Source: Myxococcota bacterium (GTDB lineage Bacteria > Myxococcota_A > SURF-8). From it: a stretch of DNA of 64,000 bases. The DNA lies in the NCBI GenBank assembly GCA_963674735.2, contig CAXXQS010000001.1:2592001-2656000 (forward strand), given 5' to 3'. Positions 25,626 to 35,317 of the stretch are shown here, piece by piece. Numbering within the stretch: position 1 is the stretch's first letter; the number at the start of each line of letters is the position of its first letter. Below the pieces are notes generated by a model. It was not told where the DNA came from and did not search any database. It saw only the letters and a program-made list of their open reading frames with translations. A program made the position numbers and the translations under genes.

Positions 25626-25837
25626 TTTTAGAAACCTCACCCACCCGCCGTTTAGTGATATCCCTCAGGTTTGACAACCAGTAGAATAAACTTACTTCTT
25701 TTGGCGGCCTCCAACACGGGAACAGCCGAAAGCGGATCCGTTTTCGCCCCTTTCCCTTGCCAGACACGGATAGGATGGTTAGGTTAGAGGTGGACGCTCA
25801 CGAAGCCGTCGTCACTCCACCGCGAAAGGAGACACGC

Positions 25838-26284
25838 ATGGAACCCACAGATACCAACACCTGCGAAATGCCGGATGCCAATCCGCCCTCGGACGAGATT
25901 CGCCAGCTATTGGAAAGCCACCGCGTCATCGCCATTGTCGGCCTCTCGGACAAACCCGAGCGCGACAGTTATCGCGTGGCCAAATATATGAAAGAGAACG
26001 GCTACCGCATCATTCCGGTCAATCCCACCCAAGACGAAATTCTGGGAGAAAAAAGCTACGCCAGCCTGAATGACATTCCCGAAGCCGTGGACGTAGTCGA
26101 TATCTTCCGCAAGCCCGAGGCCATCCCGGCCGTGGTGGACGACGCCATCGCCATCGGGGCCAAAGCGGTGTGGATGCAATTGGGGCTGGCCCATCACGTA
26201 TCCGCCGAAAAGGCGCGCCAGGCCGGGCTTCAGGTGGTGCAGTCGAAATGTATCAAGGTGGAACACGCCCGGCTGAAGGCCTAG
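25838..26284 (+). CDS. CoA-binding protein (YccU-like)
   Basis: IAIVGLSDKPERDSYRVAKY, IIPVNP, VDVVDIFR, AVWMQLG; AAGGAG RBS. Confidence 0.92.
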   Translation: MEPTDTNTCEMPDANPPSDEIRQLLESHRVIAIVGLSDKPERDSYRVAKYMKENGYRIIPVNPTQDEILGEKSYASLNDIPEAVDVVDIFRKPEAIPAVVDDAIAIGAKAVWMQLGLAHHVSAEKARQAGLQVVQSKCIKVEHARLKA

Positions 26285-26308
26285 CGGTCCGGTCGTTTTT
26301 CGGGTCCG

Positions 26309-27475
26309 CTACCGGAACTTGTAGGTCAAGTCGTAGATGACCTGATTCAGCATGTCGAAGCTGTAGTAGATCACATAAGCGGTCGCCAGCACCATCAAAC
26401 CCGCCAACAGCCAGTAAATCAGTTTGCCCCGCCCGGTAAATGTGGCGCTGCGCAGAAAAACGCCGTTGAGCCAGACAAGAACCAGCGTGGCGACATTCGC
26501 GGTCAAGATGAGGGGAAACATGGCGCGCCCGGAAGGCCCGCCCAGAAAAAGCGTCGCCGCAATAAAGGCGATCACGACGGCCAGAAGCGGCCAGAATTCC
26601 ACCGGTGGCGGCCACGCGGACAACGGAGTCTGCGCCGATCGTCTGATTCCGATGAAAGATAGGGGAATCATCACGATCAAAAACAGCAAAGCCACCCAGA
26701 AAAACGTCTGCTGCTGCCCGGCTTCACCAAGTTGCTTGAGATAGGTCTGGGCCGTCTGCAAACCATAACCTTCGCTGGCCGCCAAGCTTCGCAGAATTTT
26801 CGTGGCCTCGGCTACGCTGCCCAATTCCATCAGGGCTTCCGCCTCGCCCAGCTTGCCGCGACGCTCCTTGTCGGTTCCCGGATTTTCCCGCGCGATTTCC
26901 TCGAAAACTTCCACCGCCTCCGCATATTCTCCGGCGCGCCGGTAATAATTGGCCAGCCAGATCTGGGCGTCGAAACGATAGGGAAAGGTCGGGAACTCCT
27001 CCAGAACGCGCTCGATTTGCGCTTTGGCTTTTTCTTTGCCGAGTTTTTCGGTGTGGGTACGCGCCGTTTCGTACAGGGCCAGCGGCTCCGCACCCGCACC
27101 CAGTCCCTGCTTCAGATAGTCCAGACGCATCCCGATCCGGCGCACCAGGCGGCTGCTCGGGAAACGGGATTGGAATTCCTTGTAAAAGCGGACGGCCGCC
27201 TCGTAATCGGTCTTCTCTTCATCCGCAATCCGGCCCATCTCGTAGAGGGCATCGTCGGCGAAACGCCCTTCCGGCGCTTGCTCGGCCAGCTTACGTAAAA
27301 CTTGATTCGCCTCATCGAACTTGCCTTCGCGCCCCAACGCCACCCCACGGTAGTATTGCTCGCGTCCGCTCGACTCCTCCTCCTGGGAAAAGACGGGAAC
27401 CGCGAGAAGGGCAATCAACAGAAAAGTCGTCAAACATCGGAGAGTTATCCGCAACATATGTCTACTCCAGTTCAT
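26309..27475 (-). CDS. TPR-repeat periplasmic protein with C-terminal membrane helices
   Basis: Signal peptide; TPR-like repeats (ADDALYEMG, FPSS, FPTF); about four C-terminal TM segments. Confidence 0.75.
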   Translation of the reverse strand: MNWSRHMLRITLRCLTTFLLIALLAVPVFSQEEESSGREQYYRGVALGREGKFDEANQVLRKLAEQAPEGRFADDALYEMGRIADEEKTDYEAAVRFYKEFQSRFPSSRLVRRIGMRLDYLKQGLGAGAEPLALYETARTHTEKLGKEKAKAQIERVLEEFPTFPYRFDAQIWLANYYRRAGEYAEAVEVFEEIARENPGTDKERRGKLGEAEALMELGSVAEATKILRSLAASEGYGLQTAQTYLKQLGEAGQQQTFFWVALLFLIVMIPLSFIGIRRSAQTPLSAWPPPVEFWPLLAVVIAFIAATLFLGGPSGRAMFPLILTANVATLVLVWLNGVFLRSATFTGRGKLIYWLLAGLMVLATAYVIYYSFDMLNQVIYDLTYKFR

Positions 27476-27558
27476 GCATCATCTTGACAGAACCTCGCGT
27501 TCTGGTAGATTATCATTGTTTTCAACCGAATAGCAACAGGTGTCAACGAGGAAACACA

Positions 27559-28392
27559 ATGCTCAAAAGCGACCCGCGGGCAAACACGGGGCTCAGGGAA
27601 CTCGAAGAATTGGAAGATCGCATCGAAAAACTGCGCCATTCCTACGATCTTTTCTTCGCGGGAATCGACAATATCGACCCCACCGATAAAAAGGCCGCCA
27701 TCCGACGCTTGATTTCCAAATTGAACGAAATGCGTCTGGCCAACCCCCGTGCGCGCTTTCGTTTTCAGTCGCTGGCGGGGCGCTTTGTCTCGCTCAACCA
27801 ATACTGGACCCGCGTCATGCGCGAAATCGAAAACGGCAATTATCGACGCGACATCTTCCGTTCGCGGATCAACAAACCCGAGGAACCCAAAGCTTTTTTC
27901 GGCAAGGAAGCCCCGATTCTCGAAACCGAAAACGACGAAGGCGAGAGCAAGCGCACCGCATTGAAGGCGGCCACGGAAATGGCCAAAGAGCGTGACAAAA
28001 CGCGCCGTTACGATGTTCGTGTGCGGGAAATCAGCGAAGACGAAATCGATAAACTTAACCACAAACGTCCCCTGCAAGGCCCGGAGCAACCCGCGCCTCG
28101 CACCGCCCCCCCGGCGACTCCGCCCGCAGCCAAACCGACTCCCAAACCGGCGGCCGCCTCCAACGGGTCGAACGGACCGGATATGAATCGCATCTACGAC
28201 GATTACGTGAGCGCCCGCAAACGAGCGAGCCAAAACACCGGCAATATCGACAAGGAAACCCTCCGGCGCGAAATCGACCGCCAGACGCAAACTCTGAAAA
28301 AGCGCTATAAAACAGACCACATCGACTTTCGCGTCGTCGAAAAGGACGGTCGCGTGGTGTTGCGCCCGGTCGTCAAGAAAGGAAGCCGGTAA
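27559..28392 (+). CDS. MXAN_5187 C-terminal-domain-like protein
   Basis: LRHSYDLFFAGID..ARFRFQSLAGRF..YWTRVMREIENG and C-terminal IDFRVVEKDGRVVLRP, recognised from memory as a myxobacterial family. Confidence 0.6.
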   Translation: MLKSDPRANTGLRELEELEDRIEKLRHSYDLFFAGIDNIDPTDKKAAIRRLISKLNEMRLANPRARFRFQSLAGRFVSLNQYWTRVMREIENGNYRRDIFRSRINKPEEPKAFFGKEAPILETENDEGESKRTALKAATEMAKERDKTRRYDVRVREISEDEIDKLNHKRPLQGPEQPAPRTAPPATPPAAKPTPKPAAASNGSNGPDMNRIYDDYVSARKRASQNTGNIDKETLRREIDRQTQTLKKRYKTDHIDFRVVEKDGRVVLRPVVKKGSR

Positions 28393-28396
28393 GCCC

Positions 28397-28909
28397 GTGG
28401 CAACCCGTTATCCTCTCGCACCAAGCGGCGTCATCATGGTGCTCGGCTCCCCCAGTCTGGACGATGGCCGGGCCTCTCCGGTGCAAATCAGCCGTTGTGC
28501 GCAAGCGCTGGCCGTCTGGCGGCGCGATCCGCAGCCGCTCATCGGTCTGTTGGGTGCGGCGGTGAAAAACGAACACCCGGAATCCGTCACCATGGCCGAT
28601 TGGCTGAAACGCGCGGGCGTGCCCGCCGACCGCCTGTGGACGGAAACCGCCACCCGCACCACCCGTGACCAGGCTCTGCTGATCCGTGATTTCATTCAAG
28701 AAACGGACACGCCCAACGTGACGGTGGTTAGCTCGTCGGCACACTTGCGGCGCACACGCATGCTGTTGACACGCGCCAAAGCCGACCTGTCCCGCATCGG
28801 CTTCAGCTCCACAGAAAAACCCCGGCCCTGGCGACAGTTGCGCGATTGGATCTATGAGGCCACGGCCTGGAGCAAAGACTGGACCCGCACCCTGGTGGGA
28901 CGCTGGTAG
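28397..28909 (+). CDS. YdcF/DUF218 family protein
   Basis: IMVLG, ESVTMADWL..GVP, ETATRTTRDQA, VVSSSAHLRR. Confidence 0.75.
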   Translation: MATRYPLAPSGVIMVLGSPSLDDGRASPVQISRCAQALAVWRRDPQPLIGLLGAAVKNEHPESVTMADWLKRAGVPADRLWTETATRTTRDQALLIRDFIQETDTPNVTVVSSSAHLRRTRMLLTRAKADLSRIGFSSTEKPRPWRQLRDWIYEATAWSKDWTRTLVGRW

Positions 28910-28996
28910 ATCATCCAGTGTAAATAAAAGGTGTTGACCCGGAAGCCGTGCGCCGCTACGCTTCCTTCAGTTTTGAAATCAAACACGAGGACACCC

Positions 28997-30454
28997 ATGC
29001 TGCGCCGTATCCATGATTGTTTTCCGATTTTCCTGCTTCTGATTCCCTTTGTCGCCCTCGCCTGCTCGTCCGGCGGCGATTCCGATCCCGGCGACGGCGA
29101 CCGCGAGCTTGCCGCCGAAAACGACGAAGCGGAGACCGGCTGCCTCGATGGCGAAGTGGATTGCGACGGTTCCAAGGCGATCCTGTGCCGCGACCAGGCC
29201 TGGGACGTGCTGAAAGACTGCGCCGATTCGGATATGCAGTGCGACAATGGGCGCTGTATTCCCATCCCGGTCGACGGCGACCCCGATCAGACGGACCATG
29301 ATACGGAAGAAAGCGACCAGGAAGCGCCTCCGGACAACACCGCCCCCGAGGTGATCGGCACCTCGCCTGCCAACGGGTCGAGCGGCATCGATTCCGAAAT
29401 CGGCGAAATCCGCATCAATTTCAGCGAAACCCTCGACACCACGGGATTTTTACCGGCACGCGACATCTCCGTGATCGGCGGCTGCCGCCAGATCGTGTTC
29501 ACCGCCTCCTTCGAAAATGACGACAAGCAAATCGAAATCACCCTGCTCGACCTCCTGGAAACCGGCATTACCTATACCGTCTCGATCGTGGCCGACAAAC
29601 TGCACGATCTCGCCGGAAACCCCTTCGCGGGAATCAGCTTTTCCTTCACCACGTCCGGCGACGTGGACGGCGATTGCGAAGCGGATTGGCAAGACGATCA
29701 AGCGCCCTACATCACCCTGACCAATCCCTACAACGGCCAGTTCGGCGTCGCCACCGACCTCGACGGCATCCAGATCGTGTTTTCGGAAGCCATCGATACG
29801 TTGCTACTGAACACCCAAACGGCGGTCGGCATCCAAGGCGACCCGGCAGACAGCCCGGCCTACACGCCCTCCTGGGTGGCCGACGACACCATCCTCAACC
29901 TCGACCTGGATGACGCACTCAATGCCGATACCGCCTACACGGTGAGTCTGAGCGCCGACTTGATCGACTTGGCGGGCAATCCGCTGGTTCCCACCCAATT
30001 CACCTTCAGCACCCAGGATCCCCCCGATGGCGATTTCGACCTGCCGGAGATCGAGGCCGAACTCGAAGCGGAAGCAACACCCGATGGCGATCTGGATACC
30101 GGCATCCCCAATTCGGGCATTCTGGGCGACACGTCCCGCAGCCAATGCCTGGCGCAAGGCGGAACGGAAACCCTGACGGCCACCGGCAGCAGCGACACCA
30201 TCGGCTATAAAGTCCAGGTCAGCCATGATAATGCGGTTTACGGGGACTGCATCACCAATGTCCGCGTGGACTTTACGCAAGATGGCAGCCTGCTCGAATT
30301 TTTCGAGACGCCTCAGTCCAGTTACACCTGTTCCGCCACCTGTCCGTACGATCTGGATATCACCGTCAACCGGCTCTTCGCCGCCACCTATACCGTGCGC
30401 CTGTGGCCTTTCGAAGCCGCCCAGCCCATCGAAACGACCGTCACGGTTCCCTGA
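28997..30454 (+). CDS. Lipoprotein with two Big_5/SbsA-like Ig domains
   Basis: Lipobox ALAC; DNTAPEVIGTSPANG..FSE..DLAGNP..FTT occurs twice; DGD linkers. Confidence 0.75.
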   Translation: MLRRIHDCFPIFLLLIPFVALACSSGGDSDPGDGDRELAAENDEAETGCLDGEVDCDGSKAILCRDQAWDVLKDCADSDMQCDNGRCIPIPVDGDPDQTDHDTEESDQEAPPDNTAPEVIGTSPANGSSGIDSEIGEIRINFSETLDTTGFLPARDISVIGGCRQIVFTASFENDDKQIEITLLDLLETGITYTVSIVADKLHDLAGNPFAGISFSFTTSGDVDGDCEADWQDDQAPYITLTNPYNGQFGVATDLDGIQIVFSEAIDTLLLNTQTAVGIQGDPADSPAYTPSWVADDTILNLDLDDALNADTAYTVSLSADLIDLAGNPLVPTQFTFSTQDPPDGDFDLPEIEAELEAEATPDGDLDTGIPNSGILGDTSRSQCLAQGGTETLTATGSSDTIGYKVQVSHDNAVYGDCITNVRVDFTQDGSLLEFFETPQSSYTCSATCPYDLDITVNRLFAATYTVRLWPFEAAQPIETTVTVP

Positions 30455-30526
30455 AAAGGGGTTGTTAAACCCTATTCAAACAAACACGCGGCAGCGGTAG
30501 GTTTTTCAATGCATTAGGAGAATCAG

Positions 30527-31732
30527 ATGCAGGCGCAACATCCCCGGCGACACCCCGACCCGATTCGGTCGACCCGACCGCTGGGCCGACTCGCCCTGCT
30601 TGCCTTTCTCGCACTCGCAAGCCTTGTGCTGGCGGCCTGCGGCGGCGACGCTGACAGCGCCCTTGATGGCGACGTGGATGACGACCGGACGGAAGACCCG
30701 CAGACCGACGGCGACAACGACACCCCCGACGGGGACAACGACGCCTCCGATGACGACGGCGAAGAAGCCCCCATCGACTATACCTTCAATGAATTCGATT
30801 GGATGGACACGCCCCCGGACGTCGCCCAGCGCATCTGCGAGGAAACCGCCGCTCCGGAAAACCTCGAAGACCCCGTCAATATCCACTGCACGATCGAAGG
30901 CGAGCATTTCGCCCCGGACAACGTGGCGGCTAAAAACGAAATCGTGGTCATGGCTTACAACATCGAGCGCGGCTATCACGTGGACGAACAGATCGCCGCC
31001 ATTCGCGACGACCCGGCGATTCCCGTCCCCGACGTAATCCTGATCTCCGAAGCGGACCGCGGCTGCAGCCGGACCGACTCGCGCTATGTCATTCGCGAAT
31101 ACGCCCAAGCTTTGGAGATGAACTACGTCTACGCGGTCGAGTTCGTCGAGTTGCCGCGCCAGGCCGGTAGCGGCGGACAGATTTCCGGTGCGTGCGAACA
31201 CGGAAACGGGATTTTGTCGCGCTACCCCATCGGCAACGTCCACCCGATTCGCCACACCACCCAGCGCATCTGGTACGAAGACGAAGGCGAGCCGCGCCTC
31301 GGCGGGCGTATTGCGGTGCGAGCCGACATCCAGGTGGGCGAACGCATCCTGCACGTCTACGCCGTCCATTTCGAATCCGATATCGGTGAACTCATCCGTG
31401 CAGCTCAGGCCGAAGAATTGATCGCCGATGCGGCCGCCCTGCCCTTCACCTCGGTGGTCGGCGGCGACCTCAACAGCGGCTACTATGTCGTTGATCTCAC
31501 TTACGAAACCGATAGCGATCAAACCATCCGGCCCTTCCTGGAAGCCGACTGGGTGGACGCCCATGCGGCACTGCCGACCGAGCAGCGCGTCACCGCCCCC
31601 CACAGCGGGTTCATCCTCGATATCCTGCTGGCCGACGACAATGTCTTCAGCCAGCCGGGAATCGGACCCGAGGATTTATGCGGCGACCTGTCCGACCACT
31701 TGCCGGTCTGGGCCAGCGTCGCACTGCCCTGA
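30527..31732 (+). CDS. Endonuclease/exonuclease/phosphatase family lipoprotein
   Basis: Lipobox LAAC; MAYNIE, LISEAD, GNGILSRYPI, GGDLN, SDHLPV. Confidence 0.88.
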   Translation: MQAQHPRRHPDPIRSTRPLGRLALLAFLALASLVLAACGGDADSALDGDVDDDRTEDPQTDGDNDTPDGDNDASDDDGEEAPIDYTFNEFDWMDTPPDVAQRICEETAAPENLEDPVNIHCTIEGEHFAPDNVAAKNEIVVMAYNIERGYHVDEQIAAIRDDPAIPVPDVILISEADRGCSRTDSRYVIREYAQALEMNYVYAVEFVELPRQAGSGGQISGACEHGNGILSRYPIGNVHPIRHTTQRIWYEDEGEPRLGGRIAVRADIQVGERILHVYAVHFESDIGELIRAAQAEELIADAAALPFTSVVGGDLNSGYYVVDLTYETDSDQTIRPFLEADWVDAHAALPTEQRVTAPHSGFILDILLADDNVFSQPGIGPEDLCGDLSDHLPVWASVALP

Positions 31733-31958
31733 CCCTGGCGCGCCGACCTAATTACGACATAAACACTTGTTTTCAATCCTTTTTTAACCGGCACCAGGTT
31801 TCTCGAAATCTCGGCGTCTTTTTGTTGCCATCCGCTTTTAAACGACTATAATCCGGCGTGAAACGCACCGTTTCACGGTGTGGGATGGTTTGACAGGACC
31901 GCTCAGGTATGCGACCCTGTGAAATGTGAGTTCGGCTGGTCTGAAAAGGAGAAATCCG

Positions 31959-33005
31959 ATGGCACAACCCAAAGGCGATAAGTATGGATTGCACCGCGTC
32001 ATCGAGCCGAAGGGCGTTTTACCCCAACCGGCGATTCAAGTGGACAACGACTTGAGTGTGCTCTACGACAACGAAATTCTATGTGATGTCCGCACCTTGA
32101 ACGTCGATTCGGCCAGTTTCACCCAAATCAAGAAGCAAGCCCAGGGCGATGAAGCGGAAATCCGCCGCATCATGTTCGATATCGTCGAACGCCAGGGCAA
32201 ACATAAAAACCCGGTCACCGGATCGGGCGGCATGTTCGTGGGCAGCGTGGCCAAGATCGGCGACGCCCTGAAAGACCGTATCGATCTCCGAGAGGGCGAC
32301 CCTATCGCCTCGCTGGTTTCGTTGTCCCTGACGCCGCTGAAGCTGAAGGAAATCAAGGAAATCCGTCAATCCACCGATCAGGTGGACGTGGACGCGCAGG
32401 CCATTCTTTTCGAGAGCGGCATCTACGCCAAACTGCCCGCAGACATTCCCGAAAAGCTGGGGCTGGCGGTACTGGACGTGGCCGGAGCACCCGCCCAGAC
32501 TGCCCGGCTGGTCAAACCGGGAGATTCCGTCCTGATCATCGGCGCGGCGGGGAAATCCGGCCTGCTGTGCGCTTACGAAGCCAAACGCCGTAGCGGCGTC
32601 ACCGGTAAGGTTATCGGTGTGAAACATAGTCCGAAAGGTATTGAGCTTCTCGAACGGGCTCCGTTCGTGGATGACATCATCCAAGGGTCGGCCGTGGAGG
32701 CCGTCGATCTCATGCAGAAGGTCGAAGCCGTCACCGACGGCCAACTCTGCGATGTCGTCATCAACTGTGTCAACGTTCCCGACTGCGAGATGGGGTCGAT
32801 TTTGTGCTGCAAAGAGGGCGGCACGGTCTACTTCTTCTCCATGGCCACCAGCTTCACCAAGGCGGCCTTGGGCGCCGAAGGCGTCGGCAAAGACATCAAC
32901 ATGATCATCGGCAACGGCTATACGAAAGGCCATGCCGCGATCACCCTGGAACTGTTGCGTGAGAGCCCCTTCATCCGTGAGGAATTCGAGAAGCGTTATT
33001 TATAA
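31959..33005 (+). CDS. kdd: L-erythro-3,5-diaminohexanoate dehydrogenase
   Basis: YGLHRVIEPKGVLPQPA, NPVTGSGGM, LDVAGAPAQ, FFSMATSFTKAALGAEG. Confidence 0.95.
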   Translation: MAQPKGDKYGLHRVIEPKGVLPQPAIQVDNDLSVLYDNEILCDVRTLNVDSASFTQIKKQAQGDEAEIRRIMFDIVERQGKHKNPVTGSGGMFVGSVAKIGDALKDRIDLREGDPIASLVSLSLTPLKLKEIKEIRQSTDQVDVDAQAILFESGIYAKLPADIPEKLGLAVLDVAGAPAQTARLVKPGDSVLIIGAAGKSGLLCAYEAKRRSGVTGKVIGVKHSPKGIELLERAPFVDDIIQGSAVEAVDLMQKVEAVTDGQLCDVVINCVNVPDCEMGSILCCKEGGTVYFFSMATSFTKAALGAEGVGKDINMIIGNGYTKGHAAITLELLRESPFIREEFEKRYL

Positions 33006-33023
33006 CCTGAATAAGGAGGCTCC

Positions 33024-34301
33024 ATGGAAACGACCGAAACACTCACCCACCCCCCCGTCAAGTCCATCTGGCAGGACGTCAGCCGCGAGGACTGGAACGA
33101 TTGGCACTGGCAAATACACAACTGCCTGCGGGATGTGGAAGCATTGAAAACCGTGATCCCGCTCACGCAAGAGGAAGAGGACGGCGTCAAGACCAGTCTC
33201 AAGAGTTTTCGTATGGCCATCACGCCCTACTACGCCAGCCTGATCGACACCCGGGATGCCACCTGTCCCATTCGCTTGCAGGCGGTGCCGCGCGGTGAGG
33301 AAACCACCGAAGTCCGGGGAGAAATGGACGATTCGCTGCATGAAGACGTGGACATGCCGGTACCGGGCCTGACACATCGCTACCCCGACCGCGTCCTGCT
33401 GCTGGTCACCGAAATCTGCTCGATGTACTGCCGCCACTGCACCCGCCGCCGCAAAGTCGGCGAATCGGATGCCCACTTGGACCGCAAAGGCCTGGAACGC
33501 GCCTTCGATTACATCCGCGAGCACAAGGAAGTACGCGATATCGTGGTATCGGGCGGCGATCCGCTGACCCTGAGCGACAGCATGATTGAATTCGTGTTGC
33601 AGAGCCTGCGCGCCATCCCGCATGTCGAAATCATCCGCATCGGCACGCGCACACCGGTGGTCATGCCCATGCGCATTACCGAAGACCTTTGCCACATGAT
33701 CCAGAAATACCACCCGGTCTACATCAACACGCATTTCAACCACCCGAAGGAGCTGACGCCCGACGCCAAACAGGCCTGTGAAAGGCTGGCGAATCACGGC
33801 GTGCCGCTGGGCAACCAGAGCGTCCTGCTGCGTTACGTCAACGACTGCCCGCACGTCATGAAGGAACTGGTTCAAGGTCTGCTGCGTTTCCGCGTCAAGC
33901 CCTATTACGTCTATCAGTGTGACGACTCCAAGGGCATCCATCATTTCCGCACCCCGCTCTCACGCGGAGTGGAAATCATCGAGTCCCTGCGCGGCCACAC
34001 CTCCGGCATGGCGGTCCCCACTTTCGTGGTGGACGTCCCCGGCGGCGGCGGCAAGGTGCCGGTCATGCCGAATTACCTGGTGTCGCAATCCCCCGGACAG
34101 ATCATTCTGCGCAATTACGAAGGCATGTTCTCGCGGTATTTCGAAAATGCCGATATCGATTCGGGGTGTGGGCGACATGAAGCCTGCCACGATTCGCGTT
34201 ACCAACCGGCGGACGGCCCCGCGCTGATGATGCAACCGAACGGACCGATGAACCTGATTCCGGCCAACACCCAGCGGAAAAGCCGCAAGGACGAGGAATG
34301 A
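33024..34301 (+). CDS. kamA: L-lysine 2,3-aminomutase (radical SAM/PLP)
   Basis: THRYPDR, CSMYCRHCTRRR, SGGDPL, GGGGKVP; operon context. Confidence 0.95.
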   Translation: METTETLTHPPVKSIWQDVSREDWNDWHWQIHNCLRDVEALKTVIPLTQEEEDGVKTSLKSFRMAITPYYASLIDTRDATCPIRLQAVPRGEETTEVRGEMDDSLHEDVDMPVPGLTHRYPDRVLLLVTEICSMYCRHCTRRRKVGESDAHLDRKGLERAFDYIREHKEVRDIVVSGGDPLTLSDSMIEFVLQSLRAIPHVEIIRIGTRTPVVMPMRITEDLCHMIQKYHPVYINTHFNHPKELTPDAKQACERLANHGVPLGNQSVLLRYVNDCPHVMKELVQGLLRFRVKPYYVYQCDDSKGIHHFRTPLSRGVEIIESLRGHTSGMAVPTFVVDVPGGGGKVPVMPNYLVSQSPGQIILRNYEGMFSRYFENADIDSGCGRHEACHDSRYQPADGPALMMQPNGPMNLIPANTQRKSRKDEE

Positions 34302-35317
34302 ACCTGCTCGACCTCATTTCCGGTTCCACACTTCCGTTGGTCCTGATCGGATCGGAAAAGGGTGCGGGCAAAACCGTCACACTCAATCGGCTGCGCGCCG
34401 AAGCCCGGCAGGCCGGGTTGACGGCCTTCGGCCTGATGACCGCCGGGTGGGACGGCGAAAGCCGCGACCACCTGACCGGCAAAGAAAAGCCGCGCGTGAC
34501 GGCCTACCCCGATGATCTGGTGCTCACCGCCGCGAATTGTCTGACAAGCGCCGAAGCGCGCTTCGAGCTGTTGTGGAGCGATTCCATCTCCACACCGATG
34601 GGACGCATGGTATTGGGCCGCTGCAAACGCTCCGGCTACGTCGAGCTCGTCGCGCCTCCTTCCGGCCGACAGATGGCGGAAGCCGTCGCCCGCATGCAAA
34701 CGGAGGGGGTAACCCGCACCCTCATCGACGGGGCGGCCGATCGCCGCACGCATATCGGCATTACGGAAGATGTCGAAGTGGGCCTGGTGTTCCGGCCGCT
34801 GGAAAAAGAATCCATCGAAGCGTTTACACGGCGCGTATCGCGGACCACCGAACTTTTCGGGCTCGACCTCGCCACCGATGCACCGCCGGTCAAACCCCAT
34901 CCGCACCAAATTGCGTTGCACACACAAGGCGGATGGCGCTTGCTGAACGCCTCGACCTTCGAAAGCGATTTCGCGACTCATCAGGGCGAGACGGCCTGGA
35001 TCGGCGGTCCGTTGACCGAACGTCTGCTTCAGGCGCTGCCCAAACGGGGCGTCACCCACATCGTGGTACGCGACCCCTCGCGCTTTTTCATTTCCGAAAC
35101 GCTCGTGAAACGCAGCACCAAACGTGGCCTGTATTTTCACCTGCAACACCGGCCGCGCCTGCGCTTCGTCGCCGCCCGTTGCGACGGAGGAACGAACCGC
35201 AGCCTGCCGCCATTCGACACCCTCGACAGCCTGCGCAACGCCCTGCCCGGCGTTCCCTGTTTCGACCCCTGGTTGTTGGATCCCATCGATCGGGCAACCC
35301 ACGGGAGGACACGATGA
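34298..35317 (+). CDS. KamB-like P-loop protein (putative aminomutase reactivase subunit)
   Basis: GSEKGAGKT, GWDGESRD, LIDGAADRR; lies between kamA and the MutS-like gene; ATGA overlap. Confidence 0.65.
   Translation: MNLLDLISGSTLPLVLIGSEKGAGKTVTLNRLRAEARQAGLTAFGLMTAGWDGESRDHLTGKEKPRVTAYPDDLVLTAANCLTSAEARFELLWSDSISTPMGRMVLGRCKRSGYVELVAPPSGRQMAEAVARMQTEGVTRTLIDGAADRRTHIGITEDVEVGLVFRPLEKESIEAFTRRVSRTTELFGLDLATDAPPVKPHPHQIALHTQGGWRLLNASTFESDFATHQGETAWIGGPLTERLLQALPKRGVTHIVVRDPSRFFISETLVKRSTKRGLYFHLQHRPRLRFVAARCDGGTNRSLPPFDTLDSLRNALPGVPCFDPWLLDPIDRATHGRTR

Noticed and set aside
31740-31958. Lysine riboswitch upstream of kdd-kam
   Set aside because: No L-box consensus recognised
34537-35313. 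N-terminal 259 aa of the 807-aa ORF (possible fusion or frameshift)
   Set aside because: Overlaps the kamB-like gene in another frame; a proper RBS and ATGA coupling exist at 35314
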